Source: Selaginella moellendorffii
Lineage: Eukaryota > Plantae > Lycopodiophyta
Assembly: GCF_000143415.4 (NCBI RefSeq)
Contig: NW_003314279.1
Coordinates: 496,130-560,129 of the forward strand
Length of the DNA: 64,000 nucleotides
Direction: 5' to 3'
Position 1 is the first letter of the stretch; each line of letters begins with the position of its first letter. Both the position numbers and the translations under genes were made by a program. The notes under the pieces are model-generated. The model ran no database searches and was not told the DNA's origin. It saw only the letters and a program-made list of their open reading frames with translations. This document shows positions 1 through 16,400 of the stretch, piece after piece.

Positions 1-668
1 TGGAATGAAGATAAATAACATGGATTATGGAATGAGGATGAACATAACAAGTCCAAATAGAACATTTAACGCCAACATAGTAAGGCTAAATGAATGCAAT
101 AGTGAAATGATGCCAAAGTGAGAACAAGCATAAAGAGTCTGAACAAAGTTAGTGCTTCAAAACTTTTTATTCTTCGAGAAGAGGATAAAAAAGAGTGAAA
201 GACAAATGAAGTGAGTCCAATCTCTCATATGCTATGCTAAATAAAGACGAAGAAGTAAGCTTTATTTATGGTTATGAGTCTAAATTAACAGTGGTTTCAA
301 AATATTATCGGCAGGCAAATTTAAACATGGAATGTATCGTTTTATGGACCACATTGATTCTCAAAGTTCCTTGCTTTGGTTCAAAATTATGATTTCGAAG
401 TTAGTTTAAGCATTTAGCAACTACACATAAAGTTGCAATTAATTTATTTGAATTCTATAGTCAATTAATGTTTATGCCATGGCATTGGGTTTTGTTTCAA
501 TCATGGTTTTTATCAACTTTATTGGTAGTTTTATAGGAGCTTTAGATTTTTGTAGTAGTTTATAATTGCCTAGTAGAAGCTCTAGATGTTTCACTTGACT
601 TATTGCCATCACCTTTTTCATCTTTCGGAAAGGAAGATAGTGTAAAGTTTGTAAATATATATATATAT

Positions 669-698
669 CTGTGTGTGTGTGTCTGTGTGTCTGTGTGT
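669..698. repeat. (TG)n/(TA)n microsatellite
   Basis: ctgtgtgtgtgtgtctgtgtgtctgtgtg, preceded by an (AT)n run. Confidence 0.9.
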
Positions 699-1108
699 AT
701 TACCCTAGCTAGGTAATACATTAATTATAGTACTATAGTATATGGACCGTTTATTTGAGATTGAATTTAATCCATTCATTCTTATATATAAGTAAGGGTC
801 TAAACCACAAAATATACCTATTTTTATATTTTGATAATTCACATATCTTAATAAATAACAAATTAGTGTTGCTAAAAGAAAAATCATACTTTGTACAAGA
901 AAGATGTTTAGAATTTATAGATTTAAAATGATCTCTAATTATATTTATACATTTCTACAGTATATGAATAATAAAATATAATATTGAATTTATTTATGCT
1001 ATTTATTCTCTTATATGTACAAATGTCACAAATTAATAGAAACACTATTTCTAAGTATTTATTAAAATACAAAATAGCTTTATACATTTGTAGTTTTTCT
1101 TCTCAATA

Positions 1109-2002
1109 TTGAGTATGAATTTATTTATGTTTCTAATTTTATTATGCATAAAAACTAACAAAATTTTAAGCACTTATCAATATTATGGCCAAAATGCTAT
1201 GGAAATTGAAAGTGTTGATTTAGTTTTATATGCAATGCAGTTAATGATTAATAATATATCTTATGAACCCTTACCTAAAGGTCAAGGTATGCGATTTGAA
1301 TATCATATACAAGATAATACTCATGGTTCACTATCTATTGCAAATCAATTATGGGTTTATGATAGTAAAGGAAAAAAATATGATGCATGTGCTGCAAACC
1401 CAAGTGATTATGAACATGATCATGGAAAAAATGTTCAAAAACAGTTAAATTATATATTAGATTTATATCGTTATGATATAAAAAGATTACGTGCAAGTTA
1501 TTTTCGAGTTGTTATTGGTTTTTACTGTGTTGAATATCTTGTGAAGAACTTTAAACAAGATTTATTCTCTCAAGATGTCTATAAAATGAATAATGTGATT
1601 GATTGTGATATAAAAATAACCACATTAATTAGTAATATGCCAGCTAACTCTCTTAAACCATCCCAATTTTTAATGTCACCAAATAAAAAAGCTTTATTAT
1701 ACTTACATTTAAACTGTATTTTATCATTATATATACATAATGATTTAAAATGGTACAAAGGATTTCAGAGTTATCAAAATTGTTTATTTATTATAAAAGA
1801 AGATGGGCATATAGTATTATATTCTGAAAATAAAAATATAATTTGGTCCCCGAAAATTAATTTTGATAGATCACATAATTATTTTATAAGATTTATTTCA
1901 CTTCAGGATGATTGTAATTTAGTTCTTTATGAATCTCACCAGAAAGTTTTTTCAAAACATCCAATAGTTGAACCAAAATGGGCTTCACAAACATATTGCT
2001 AA
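1109..2002 (+). CDS. Intronless AT-rich ORF: unknown N-terminal domain plus C-terminal bulb-type (GNA/B-type) lectin domain
   Basis: 894-nt ORF intact in very AT-rich DNA. The C-terminus has B-lectin QxDxNxVxY-type repeats (LQDDCNLVLY; KEDGHIVLY..IIWS) and ends PKWASQT. True start uncertain. Confidence 0.65.
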   Translation: MSMNLFMFLILLCIKTNKILSTYQYYGQNAMEIESVDLVLYAMQLMINNISYEPLPKGQGMRFEYHIQDNTHGSLSIANQLWVYDSKGKKYDACAANPSDYEHDHGKNVQKQLNYILDLYRYDIKRLRASYFRVVIGFYCVEYLVKNFKQDLFSQDVYKMNNVIDCDIKITTLISNMPANSLKPSQFLMSPNKKALLYLHLNCILSLYIHNDLKWYKGFQSYQNCLFIIKEDGHIVLYSENKNIIWSPKINFDRSHNYFIRFISLQDDCNLVLYESHQKVFSKHPIVEPKWASQTYC

Positions 2003-3098
2003 TATATACTACTTTATATTATTACAGATATATATTAAAATAATAAATTAACAATAATGTCTATTATATTCTAACTATATCTACTGAATTCATGCCATAA
2101 CTCAGGTTATGGCATGCTAGTTACCACCTCTTGGCATGAAGGAATGATATGCTAGGCCATGGGCTATGGAAATGTGTTGGTAAACTAGGCTTTAATAATT
2201 AAATAATAAGAATAATAAATCACTTAGTTTTGTCCGGTAAAGTGTTGACCTAATTTTGTGTTAATCCCCAGGTAGGCTGTTTCGAAAAAGCCAGCTGATC
2301 AGCTGATCAACCTAGCTATGATCGTCTAGCTGCAGTGGATCTTGCAGTTCTGTATGTGTTCCACCCAAAAGCCCAGGCCTAGAAGAACCTGGCTTAAGAA
2401 GCATATACTCTGCCAGCTTTCTCATCTCATGCTGAAGCAATCAAGAATTAGTCCATCAGCACCTCTGCTACCACCATCTCGGCTTCCACAATGAACTGTA
2501 AGGGACGAGCAACCAAAACCAATATACCACACTAGTGATAGAACATGATCATCGTCCCCTCTACCAATCTGGATGTCAGTCTGCAAACGATGTGTCCCTG
2601 GTAAGCGGGGTTGTCGGGCATATAAAGTCCAGCGGATCGAACTGCGCTCTCTTTTTTACACCAAGTCCAATCTTTGTGGCATAGTTAGCTCGTGCAGGGA
2701 TGCGATACATGACCTTGCTTGCGATAACCCTAATAGTAAAGATTGATTAGTTCGTGCGTGTAGCAGACTTGTTCTTCACTTGTTTTTGTTTGCGTCATCA
2801 AGTTGAACTTGTTATAATCTCCTTTCCTCTCTCTTTCTCTCCCCTCACAGGATCTTAAGATCGATCGAATTTCTCTCCTAGGTGTCCCCTTTCTCTTTTG
2901 CTTTCCTCTCTTTCTTCGTTGAAAGTCGCTATCTTTGATCGTTTGGCTCACAGCTCGATCCTTCTATTCCTAAAGTCTCTTATAGAGTGATGTGTCTTTG
3001 AAAGGATCCAACGAACCGCCCATTCACTCCAGGCATTGTTCCTCCACAATTCTCCGGAATTCTTTCATTGTGATCAGGAAGAGAAGGAACAGAAATCG

Positions 3099-4623
3099 AT
3101 GGATCATCGGCCGGTGCTCGCGCGCGTGTTGATGGTGGCGATGGTGACCATCGCAGCGGCGCCGCCTCTGATCCACGCGCAGGATCGGCTCTCGAGCGAT
3201 TTCTACTCCGCCAGCTGCCCCAACGTCGAATCCATCGTCACCACCACCATGAACAGGCTCTCGTCGGAAAACAACGTCGTCCCCATCGGGATGCTCCGCC
3301 TCTTCGCGCACGATTGCTTCGTGGAGGTGACTCCCGATCGATCAATACAAATTCGAATTTTTCTTTGATCGAGCTCTCTTCTTTTGCGCAGGGATGCGAC
3401 GCCTCGATCCTTCTCACAGGCGCGTCAACGGAGAGAGCTGCGACGGACAACCTGGATTTCCCCCAGAATCCCTTCGACGCCATGGACGAGCTCAAGAAAA
3501 CAGTGGAGGAATCGTGCCCGGGAGTCGTCTCGTGTGCCGACATCCTCGCGATGGCCACCCGCGACGCGGTCACCTTTGTAAGTTCTATCTCCACCCAATC
3601 CATATCCTTGCGACGAGTTCTTCCACTCCTTTCTCTCCTATCTTCTCTCGGATCACCCCACACACATATGGATCACAAAAGCACACACGGATCGACTGCC
3701 ATGCATCCTCTGTCTGTGCTGTCGGTTGCTCCCGGATTTGGCGAGTTCGTTGCGTTGTTCGACTGGCACTCACCCGGACTGACGCTCGCAAAACTTGTTC
3801 TTTTGTTTCTTTCTTCAGAGTGGCGGACCAAGCTGGACAGTCCTCAAAGGACGGCTCGACGGGACCATCTCACGCGAATCCCGCGTCGCCGGGCACTTGC
3901 CCGGCGCCGACTTCGACGTGGAGGAGCTCGAGTCCAATTTCGGCGCCCTGGGACTCTCTCTCGAGGACATGGTCGTCCTCTCAGGTACTTAAATAGAAAC
4001 AAGCCTTCCCCCCTGTTTGCTCTCGATCCAATCCTCTCGTGGGCGATCGCAATTTCGCGAGAATTTTGCTCCTGCTGGAACCCAATACGATTCTCTAGCA
4101 GCCCACATTCGCGATTTCTCGCCATCGCGCGGCCGAGACATATGCCCGAGCAGGGCATTCCCTGTTTTCTTCGTTGCAAATTCCCGCTGTTCTGGCATTG
4201 ATCGTTTCTTTCTCGCGATCAGGGGCACACACGATTGGATTCTCTCACTGCCACCAATTCACCAGTCGCCTCTACGGCTCCTCCGGCAGCGATCCCTCGC
4301 TCAGCCCCAGCTTCGTCAGCACCCTCCAGAAGCAATGCCCGCAATTCGGCGGCAATCCCACCACCGTCCAGGCGTTTGATATCAGCACCCCCTTCGCCTT
4401 CGACAACTTGTACTACAAGCACCTCCTCACGGACGAGGGCCTCTTGGTCTCCGACTCGACGCTCACCACCAGGAACGACACGCTCCGCCTCGTCAATCTC
4501 TTTGCCAACAGCCAGGAAGCGTTCTTCTCTGCGTTTGCGCGGTCGATGGTCCGGCTGGGATCCGTGGGTGTCAAGACGAGGTCGGGTGGCGAGATCAGGA
4601 GAGTTTGCTCCAGAGTCAACTGA
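3099..4623 (+). CDS. Class III secretory plant peroxidase, 4 exons (3099-3326, 3392-3577, 3819-3984, 4223-4623)
   Basis: Signal peptide, FYSASCP, LRLFAHDCFVEGCDAS, CPGVVSCADILA, GRLDG, LSGAHTIGFSHC, FDNLYY, GEIRRVC. Canonical 3-intron structure with GT-AG junctions. Confidence 0.97.
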
Positions 4624-4846
4624 TTCCTCAGCACCAGCACCTCCATAGCTGTAAAGTCCAAATGGTTTTGTTTTCCTTCTTTTTTTTCTTCTTTTTTTTT
4701 CGATAAGCGGAACTAAGAGTTCCACCTGTATCAAAATGGTCAGAATAAACACGCAACAAGGGAGAAATAACTCACTTTGCAAGCTACTTGTTCTTCGCTT
4801 GTCTCTTCTCTGGGTTGTTCCCTTGAGTTGTTCTTCCTCGGCATAG

Positions 4847-7616
<2,770 letters not shown>

Positions 7617-9542
7617 AGAGGCCTGCTTCGTGAGAATTGGCGAAGACGAAGGCAGACGGAGCAGAAGGAGAACTCTTGGCAGCAGTCAAAGAAGCACATC
7701 TACGAGAAAAAGCTCATTTTATACCACGCCTTACATCCTCATACCCCACGTATTTTGTGTACAGATTCCTGGCACTCCATTGGTACCCGCTGCTGATTAC
7801 AGCAGAACAAAGGTTTTAGTAATCGTCACAGCGCGACTTTTCAATAAAGACAGCAGCCAGTTTCATCATAATACATATCCACTGCACATCCCCAGCGAAA
7901 ACACAACAACCAAAGTCCATGCAAGCTCACAGGCCAGTCAAAGCAAGATCTTAAACAAGCTTCTACTTGGCATCAAAACGCACCTGTACAGACATACGGC
8001 ATGTAGTCGAAGCATTATTGCGCTTTCGCAGTATGGGGAAAAAGGCTTGTAGTTGGCTTGGTCTCAAAAAGAGAAACAGGAAACGAGTGAGAAAGAACTC
8101 CGTCTGTACTCTTTCTCTCTCGATCTGCAGCTTGTTTACCTCCAGATCACGCACACAAGCAAACAGATAATGCAATGCAAGGGAAGAGCACGAGCAGGAC
8201 AGGCAGAACGAAAGTAACGGGAGCTGATTACAATGCAAGCTCTGCGCACCAAGAAGGACACCAGTGCTTAAGCCCAGCCCACATGAAACTTGAGGTAACT
8301 CACGCAGTGTACAAACAAAACTCGCCAGGAGGGGACGACGATGACACTAAGACTAGAGTATCCTGCGAGACTAGCGCTTTCAATCACTCTTCTTAGGCTC
8401 GAGAGTTTGGGATCCAGCTGTAGCTTACGAACTAGATATTAAATGGACTCACCAGGAAAAAAAAAAGTACCTCTGGATCGAGAATGAAGCGAGACGATTG
8501 CATGGATCAGGTTCCATGGGAAAAGCTGAATTCTCCATCAGGCAAGCAGTGTGAGCGACGAGGATGGTGTCAGGGAGCGGCTTTAGCCGTAGCCAAAAAA
8601 AACAAATTCACCGAGAGGAAGGACGGCCCTGGTCAATCAAAGAAAATCATGCGAAAGAATAAAGAGCTATAATTTAGTCACCTTGGTGAGAGGCAGTGGT
8701 GTGCAGAGGTGATTTCCTTTTTCCATCTTCGAGCACTCGTGAATGGCAAGAGTGGCCCAGCCTTGAACAGCTCCTCTAGCCCAGGAGAGCAGAGCCTTTG
8801 TTCATCCCGAGAAACTTTAGCTCTTGCAGCAGTGCTGCACAGGAATAAAGCAGAGTAAAAACTGGAAATCCACACTGGGAAGACAAAGGCACTCACTACT
8901 CAATTCACTGAGAAAATGGATCGCCTCTCTTCTCCGCGAATCTTATCGTACCTGGAAAAGAACGCGAAAAAGGGAGAAGGAAGGAAATGTAGGTACTTGC
9001 ATCGATCGATTAAGCGCCACATCGCTCGCGCAAAGCCTCCTCCGGTACTAAACCCTAAAATATCGCTTGCTCTGTTTTTTTAGGGTTCTTGGAAGTCAAA
9101 GTAACTTTAAACTTTTTGGAGTGGAAGAATTGGGCGAGGGCGGGCGCGGGATCGTCCTTTGCTTTTGCAAACCTGGAGAATCCTAGGTGTGACCACGAAC
9201 ACTGTGTGCAACGGTATGCTAGTTCCTCTAGAATATAGTCCTTGATCAAGCGATGGGACATTCTGATCGATCAAATGGAAGAAGAAGGTGTCAATGCGAG
9301 CCATGATTGTGGGAAATTGCGCTGCTAATCCAGCGCCGCGCTGTGCTTTGGTGCGTTGTTCTTCCCCTTCTTGGCTGGCGAATCATCGATTGAGCGACAT
9401 GGATCGAGCAGAGTGGTGGGTTTTCGAGTTTTTGGCCTTTATCTCCCGCGCACAGTGTGTGTGTGTCAGATTAGTTTAGAAAGAAGATAGCGCGTGTTTG
9501 TTTGGTTGTGTTCTTGAGCCCAAAGCAAGAGTTTCTCTAGCT

Positions 9543-10157
9543 ATGGCCGAGAGATATTCGCTTCTTTCTCCAAGGATCTCCTATGGCCGCGGGGTTTGGG
9601 CTCCCGCGCCGCTGGAAGCCGCGCATACATTCCACTCCAATCCCGCCAAATTGGATCCGGAAGACGATGCCTACTACAAGAAATTCATGTTCCGCAAGAC
9701 GATGGTGGTGGTGGCGTGCCTCCTCGCGGCGGTGGTGGTGGTGGCGCACTGGAGCACGGCTGTGAGGTTCCTCCTCTTCCTGCTACGCAGATCCAGGAGA
9801 TCCAGATCGTCAGCGAGGCGGGGAAGTGGCGGAGGGCAGGCGGCGGGGGAGGAGGAGGAGGAGCGCAATGAGGATCATGGAATGGTGGTGCTAGGGACAT
9901 TCAAAGCGCAGCAAGAGGACGCGGATTCGCGAGCGCTCCGCCCGATCCAGATGGTCCAATTCGGCAACATGGGCAGCAGCCGCGGCGGGAGTAGCGGCGA
10001 GTGTATGATTTGCTTGAGCGAATTCCACAGCAGCGAGAAGATTGGGATGCTCCCGGATTGCGGCCATGGATTCCACCGCCCCTGCATTGAAATGTGGCTC
10101 TTCACGCACTCCAATTGCCCGATCTGCCGCCATAGCCTCGTGGAAGAGCAAGCCTGA
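9543..10157 (+). CDS. ATL-family RING-H2 E3 ubiquitin ligase
   Basis: Hydrophobic TM segment, basic stretch, then CMICLSEF..LPDCGHGFHRPCIEMWLFTHSNCPICR; intronless. Confidence 0.93.
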   Translation: MAERYSLLSPRISYGRGVWAPAPLEAAHTFHSNPAKLDPEDDAYYKKFMFRKTMVVVACLLAAVVVVAHWSTAVRFLLFLLRRSRRSRSSARRGSGGGQAAGEEEEERNEDHGMVVLGTFKAQQEDADSRALRPIQMVQFGNMGSSRGGSSGECMICLSEFHSSEKIGMLPDCGHGFHRPCIEMWLFTHSNCPICRHSLVEEQA

Positions 10158-10370
10158 GAGAGAGAGAGAGAGATCACTCTTTGGGGAAACCAAAATCCCA
10201 CGATTGCATCGAATTGATGGGCTCTTGGGCAGCTCCAATTTCTCGGTTTTCTCTTGGATCGATCGAGCGACCGAAATGTCGTAACTAGAATCTGGCCGGA
10301 TCTGGTTTGTTTTTCCTGGCAGTGTGTCCAAGGGAATAAATGTATTGGAAAAAAAAAGAGGGGGATGGTT

Positions 10371-10401
10371 TAGGGTTTAAGGGGCCTGGATTTTAGGGTT
10401 T
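10371..10401. promoter_or_regulatory. Two telo-boxes (TAGGGTTT) immediately upstream of RRP5
   Basis: TAGGGTTT at 10371-10378 and 10394-10401. Telo-boxes are characteristic of plant ribosome-biogenesis gene promoters. Confidence 0.65.
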
Positions 10402-10413
10402 TTAGAGAGCGCG

Positions 10414-13400
10414 ATGGCAGGAGGAGGGAAGCGCAAATTGGAGCGCGCTGACGATGACGATGAGGAAGATTTCCCACGAGGTATGCCGGCTAGGGATTAG
10501 AATGTTCTTTCTCCTCGATTAAACACTTCTATGCGCAGGAGGTAAGCAGGCATTGTCTGCCGCCGAGATCCAAGAGGCTAGAGCCGAGGCGGAGGCGGAG
10601 TTTAATCGAGAAAATGAGAATTTGGGGAAGAAAACGAAGAAGAAGAAGAGGAAGGTGGAGGAGGATCCCGAGGAAGAAACTCTTTTGCTCTCTGGGAACG
10701 CTCGAAAATCAGTCGAGCTTTTGAAATTCAGGGTGAGAATCCATTTCTTCTTCTTTCTTCTAGCTAACTTCTCTTCTTCGTCAGAAATTATGTTCTGGAA
10801 TGCGACTCTGGGGCGCTGTTTCTGGCATCAATAAGACTGATCTTTCCATCAGCCTTCCAAATGGATTGCATGGATTTGTTAAAGTAGATGAGGCATTTCC
10901 CGAGTATACTCCAGATTTGAGCGACGATAAGGTATCTATTTTACACTCCCTTTTGATAGAGCTTGACATTTCTGTGCCAGGGAAAATGCCACCTTTTGTT
11001 GGAGGAATTATTCCATGTTGGACAGTACGTTTCCTGTACTCTCTTGAACCTGGAGGAGACGAAGGGTGATGGCCAGAAGAAGCAGCCCAGGAGAGCGGTT
11101 CTCTCGCTGCTTCCTCGACATTTTAATGAAGGAATGACGATGGACACGATCTACGTTGGACAGGTACGTAACTATCTGGATAGCAAACTCTCACACAATT
11201 TCTCTTATTTGCAGCTGATGATTTCTTCAGTGAAGAGTATCGAAGACCATGGGTATGTCTTGTCCTTCGGCTTGCCTGAGATGTCAGGTTTCCTGCTCCA
11301 CAAAGATCATCAAGGTGAGAAGAAAACATTATAACTCTACTGAAAAGCTTTCGTTTTAGGTGAGAAATTGCGTGTTGGTGAAATAATGCAAAGCTGTGTC
11401 TCTGCAATCGACAAGAAGCGTGGTGTAATCAACCTCACGACGATGCAACTATCGTCTGCTGTAAGTTTTTTCTTATGTCGGCTGTTGAGAACTTTTGTCA
11501 TCGCGAACAATGTTCAGATGAAAGAGCACGAGAACCTCTCGCTAGGAACTCTTGTTCCTGGCGCGTTGGTCAATGGATGCGTCCAAGCTGTTATGAGAAA
11601 TGGAGTACTTCTTTCCTTCCTTACATATTTTACGGGAATTGTAAGGATATTCATTCTTTAGATTTTTGAACCTTTTGACGTTGGCTTTTCAGGTGGACAT
11701 TTTTCATCTGCAGAGTGTTCTTTCGAGCAAGGACTGGGCACAAGATTATACTGAAGGAAAGCGGGTAAGATTATGCTATCACTAAAAGCTGAACTGGTTT
11801 TTTGTTTTGTCAGTTTAAGGCACGCATTATATTCATCGATGCCAGAACGAAACGCATTCGCTTGAGTTTGAGATCGCATTTAGTCGATGCCGAAATTGTC
11901 GTTCCAGTACGTTGCCTTGATGTTTAGATGATTAAGCAATAAACATGTTGGTAGTCTTTGAACAGGGGCGATGTTATTGAAGCTGCAAGAATCAAAAGGG
12001 TGGATCCAGCAATTGGTCTTCTTTTAGAGCTTCCTGCTACACCTCATGTGGCTGGTTATGTCAATGTGAGTAATTTTATTGGTCATGGGCGATGCTCAAC
12101 GTTCGTCTTTTTTTTGTAGCACGCAGATGTTTCTGACGTGAACGTCGACAAACTAGAGAAGAAGTTCAAGGACGGCCAGCGAGTTAAAGCCCGAATAATT
12201 GGGTTCAGGCTAATGGATGGAATGGCAACTCTGACTCTTAAGGTAGCGTTGTTCTTATGTTCTGTTCCTAATAGAACGTTTTGATTTCAGGAATCCATGG
12301 TGAAGGGCGTCGTCAACAAGCTAGATTTAAAGCCTGGCGCGCTTGTTCATGGCGTAATAACGAGAGTGGAAGCATGCGGGGCCCTTGTATCTCTCGGTGG
12401 AGTGAAGGGACTCTGTCCAGTTCAGCATATGTCCGAGTATAATCGTTTAAAACCATCATCGAAGTTTGAGGTGAGCATCTTCTCAGTCTGAAAAAAAACA
12501 AAAAATTGTGGGTTTTCAGGTTGGAAAAAAAATGAAGTTCCGGGTACTTCAGTATGACCATGAAAAGAAAAAACTCTCTCTAACTTTCAAAAAGAGTTTG
12601 GTATGCTTCGTATTGCTTCTTTCAAATACACTTACTCAAACCTGAGATTGCAGGTGTCATCGAAGCTGCCGCTAATAACAGCATATGAGGATGCTGTCGA
12701 CGGGCTTGTAACTCATGGATGGATCCAAGGAATCAGCAACATTGGATGCTTTATGGAGTTTTACAATCATGTGAAGGGTCTTGTACACAGGTAAACATGG
12801 GGATTGTTTCTCATTACAGTTTGATGACTTCTCCTTCAGGTCCGAGTTAGGAATTGGTCCTGACACACCAATTGAAGCTGCTTTTCACGTTGGGCAAGTT
12901 GTGAAGTGTAGAGTATTGGAGTCAGATTTAAGCAAAAGAAGACTTAGTTTGAGCTTTAACATGTCTTTAAGGTACAGTTGAACTTTCCTGGATGTTTGAT
13001 ATTCACCTTATTATTTACAGGCCAGGCGTCAAGCCTGGGAGCGTGGTTTCTGCTGTTATCACACAAATGGGCAGTTCGCAAATCGAGTTACAAGTTAACG
13101 ACGATATAGCCTCAACGATGTCTTATGAGCATTTAAGTGATACTCCGGGTATGTTTTCTTGTGTTTTCCCTGTTGTGAAAACGTTATCAACTTTGGTATG
13201 GTCTTGCAGTTCATGCGGAACAGATGAGATCGCTGTTGAAGCCTGGGTTTAAATTTGATCGACTGCTTGTTCTCGGTAAGACGCTTACTATATTTTTGAT
13301 ATGGAGCGTCATGTCTTACGAACAGGTTGGGAGCACTCGAAGCTGGTTTTGACGGCAAAGTACTCTCTTATTGACGCTGCTGAATCACTTCCATCATCCA

Positions 13401-16400
13401 TTCATCAGCTTTCTCCAATGGCAGTTTTACCGGTACAGTTATCCCAGTTTTTTTCTCTTCTTTCTGACTCAAAATGCTCAGGGCTATATTTCCGTCATAC
13501 ATGACAAATACTGCTTGGTTAGTTTTCTGGACGATGTCACAGGCCTTGTACCCATCGGTAACGTATGCTATCTTTTACTTTTGTATCGAGTTTACATTAT
13601 TTTTCACAGGCGTCCGATGGCTACTTGGAAGATCTTTCTCAAGTTTTCTTTGTTGGTCAATCCGTACGAGCTCAAGTTTTGGAGGTACGATGTTCTTTCC
13701 TTTTTCCCAGCACAATGTTTCCAGTAATTTTGATCGTTTGGCAGGTCGATTCTGAAAATGAGAAATTTGTTTTGAGCTTGAAACAGTCTGCATGCTTCTC
13801 TACGGATGTTTCACTTATACAAGGGTACTTTCTAGAAGAGGAATTGGTATGTACATGTGATAATTCGTGATGCCCATACTTATACTTTTCGGATGCAGAT
13901 AGCGAAGTTGAAGGAGAAAGAAGGTCTAGATTGGGGAAATAAATTGCAAATTGGAGAATTGGTCGAGGCTGATGTTCAAGAGGTCAAAGACTATGGCATC
14001 ATTCTTAATCTTAAGGACAATGCAGACGTCGTTGGCTTCGCCACACACTATCAATGTGGGTAACTCATTTCTTTTGCTGTGATTGTCTTTCTAAAGCGTT
14101 TCTTTCACAGCTGATAGTCCGGTAGAGGTTGGTGCAGCGGTGAAAGCGTGTATCCTTGATGTCGTTAAAACAGACGGCATTGTCGACCTTTCTCTGCAGA
14201 AGAAAATGTTGAAATTCAAGGTATGATCAGTAAAACGTGATTATATGATGGTAATGCTGCCTGACACTAACAAACTCTCTCTACTCGTACCTGTTTCTCA
14301 ACAGAAAACAAAGGCTGTTCTACAACTTCATCAGAGAGTAGAAGTTGTTGTGGAGCTCGTGAAGGACGAGTATCTGGTGTGTATGCTTTGTTTATCTTCT
14401 CTTGATGAGATTCTGTCCATGTGTATATTTCAGGTTTTATCACTGCCAAAATTTGGAAATTCTATTGGGTTTGCGTCGACTCGTGACTATAATATCAGAG
14501 TGCTGCGACCTCATGACCATTACAGCCCTGGACAAAAGTAAGAAGGTTTTTTTCTGTGGAAGTGACTAATTGGTAGTTATAGATTTTCGGCAACTATTTA
14601 TTCTTTCGGATCCGAGTCTGTAGGTGAAAGAACGCTTCTGCTGCTTGCGGATACAAAACCAACCTTTTTCACCTACGTGAAGAATGATATTGGCGCAATC
14701 ATCGAAGGCCAGGTTTGTTCAATTTATCTGGAAGCTTTATATTGATTCTTACCATTCTATATCAGATCCAAGAAATTTCGTCACTACATATGATCATTCA
14801 GGCCGGGATTAATTTACGTGGAAATGTACACATTACAGAGGTTTGTATTTGTGTGTTTCAGTCTGTCTTTAAATCCTCGATGGTCAGGTTGTCGATCATT
14901 ATGAAGAAGGGAACCCGTTAAGAAAGTACAATGCTGGGCAGACTGTTCGAGCTAAAATCCTTTCAAAACGCAAAACCAGCAGAAAGCACGGAAATGCTCC
15001 TACTTTGGATCTATCTCTACGTCCATCTGAGCTTACAGGTTTGTCTGGCGGCGGCCCCTTGGATTGGCTTACTTTATCATGACCTGCAGGAAACGACTCT
15101 GCACGCTCAGTCATCACTTTCGAGACCGTAACCATTGGCCAGACGGTTGTCGGATACGTCCAGGAAGTGAAAGAAAATTGGGCATGGTTAGTCTTGTCAC
15201 CCCATCTGAGGGGCCGCCTTTTTATCCTGGACTCTTCTGACGATCCCTCGGAGCTTGAGCGTTTCCAAGAGCGCTTCAAAGTCGGTGATGCCTTTCAGTG
15301 CCATATAAGAAGTGTTAACCACGAAAAGAAGCAAGTGGATTTGTCACTGCGCCCAAAAGACGAAGATTTCAAGAAGGGCGACCTGTTAGGCGGACGCATT
15401 ACACGAGTTCGTCCTGGTGATGGCGGGCTTACGGTGCAAGTCGGCTGGGAAACTTTCGGGAGAGTTCACGTAACGCACCTGGGTGATACGTGGATGGATG
15501 ACCCAGCCAGTCTATTCACAGAGGGAAAGTTCGTAAGGTGCAGGGTTTTGGATTTGAAGCCAACATTGAAGGGGACGAAGGCCTTGGAACTTTCATTGAG
15601 ACCATCGCTCGGTGGATATGGTGGTTTTGAGTCGCTTCCGAGCTATCAAACGCTTGAAAGGTAACCCGAGCTTTACATTTATCGTACTGCAACACTGGCT
15701 CTGACTTTGTATTTCAGAAAGTCCAACGCTTGCATTGTCAATTCCGTGTCGGAGCTTCAGCAAGATATGCAAGTGCAAGTAAGCCGCGTATGCATGCAGC
15801 GTGGTTGTGACCCATTTTTGTGTCGCAGGGTTTTGTCAAGGATGTGACGGAGAAAGGCTGCTTTGTGATCCTGTCACCTTCAGTCGACGCTAGGATTCTT
15901 TTGAAGAACTTATCGAGCTCGTTTGTCCAGAACCCCGCAGAAATGTTTCCCGCAGGCAAGCTGGTATCGGGAAGGTAAGAGCTATTCTCTTTATGAAAGT
16001 GGTTGCTGATGTCTCTTTTTCAGAATTCTAAGCGTTCGGCCCTTGTCTGGGCACGTTGAAATGTCATTGACAACATCACAAGAATCAAGTAGCTGGAAGA
16101 CTTTTTGCGCTGGTGATATCGTTAGTGGCCGCATACGCAGCATCGAAGCATTCGGGATGTTCGTCGCCCTTGCCGACAGCGATGTTGTAAGCTGCACAGT
16201 CGGTCTTTATCTTGCTGGCAAATTCTTAGTCTGAGTTTCAGGTTGGCTTGTGTCATGTCTCCGAAGTATCTGATGATTTTATTCAAGACTTGCCAACACT
16301 TTATAAAGTCGGCCAACGGGTACAAGTAAAAATCCTGAAGGTGAGCTAGAAGCTGTTAGTGAAACTACGGGTTTATGATATCTCTTTATCCAGGTTGACG

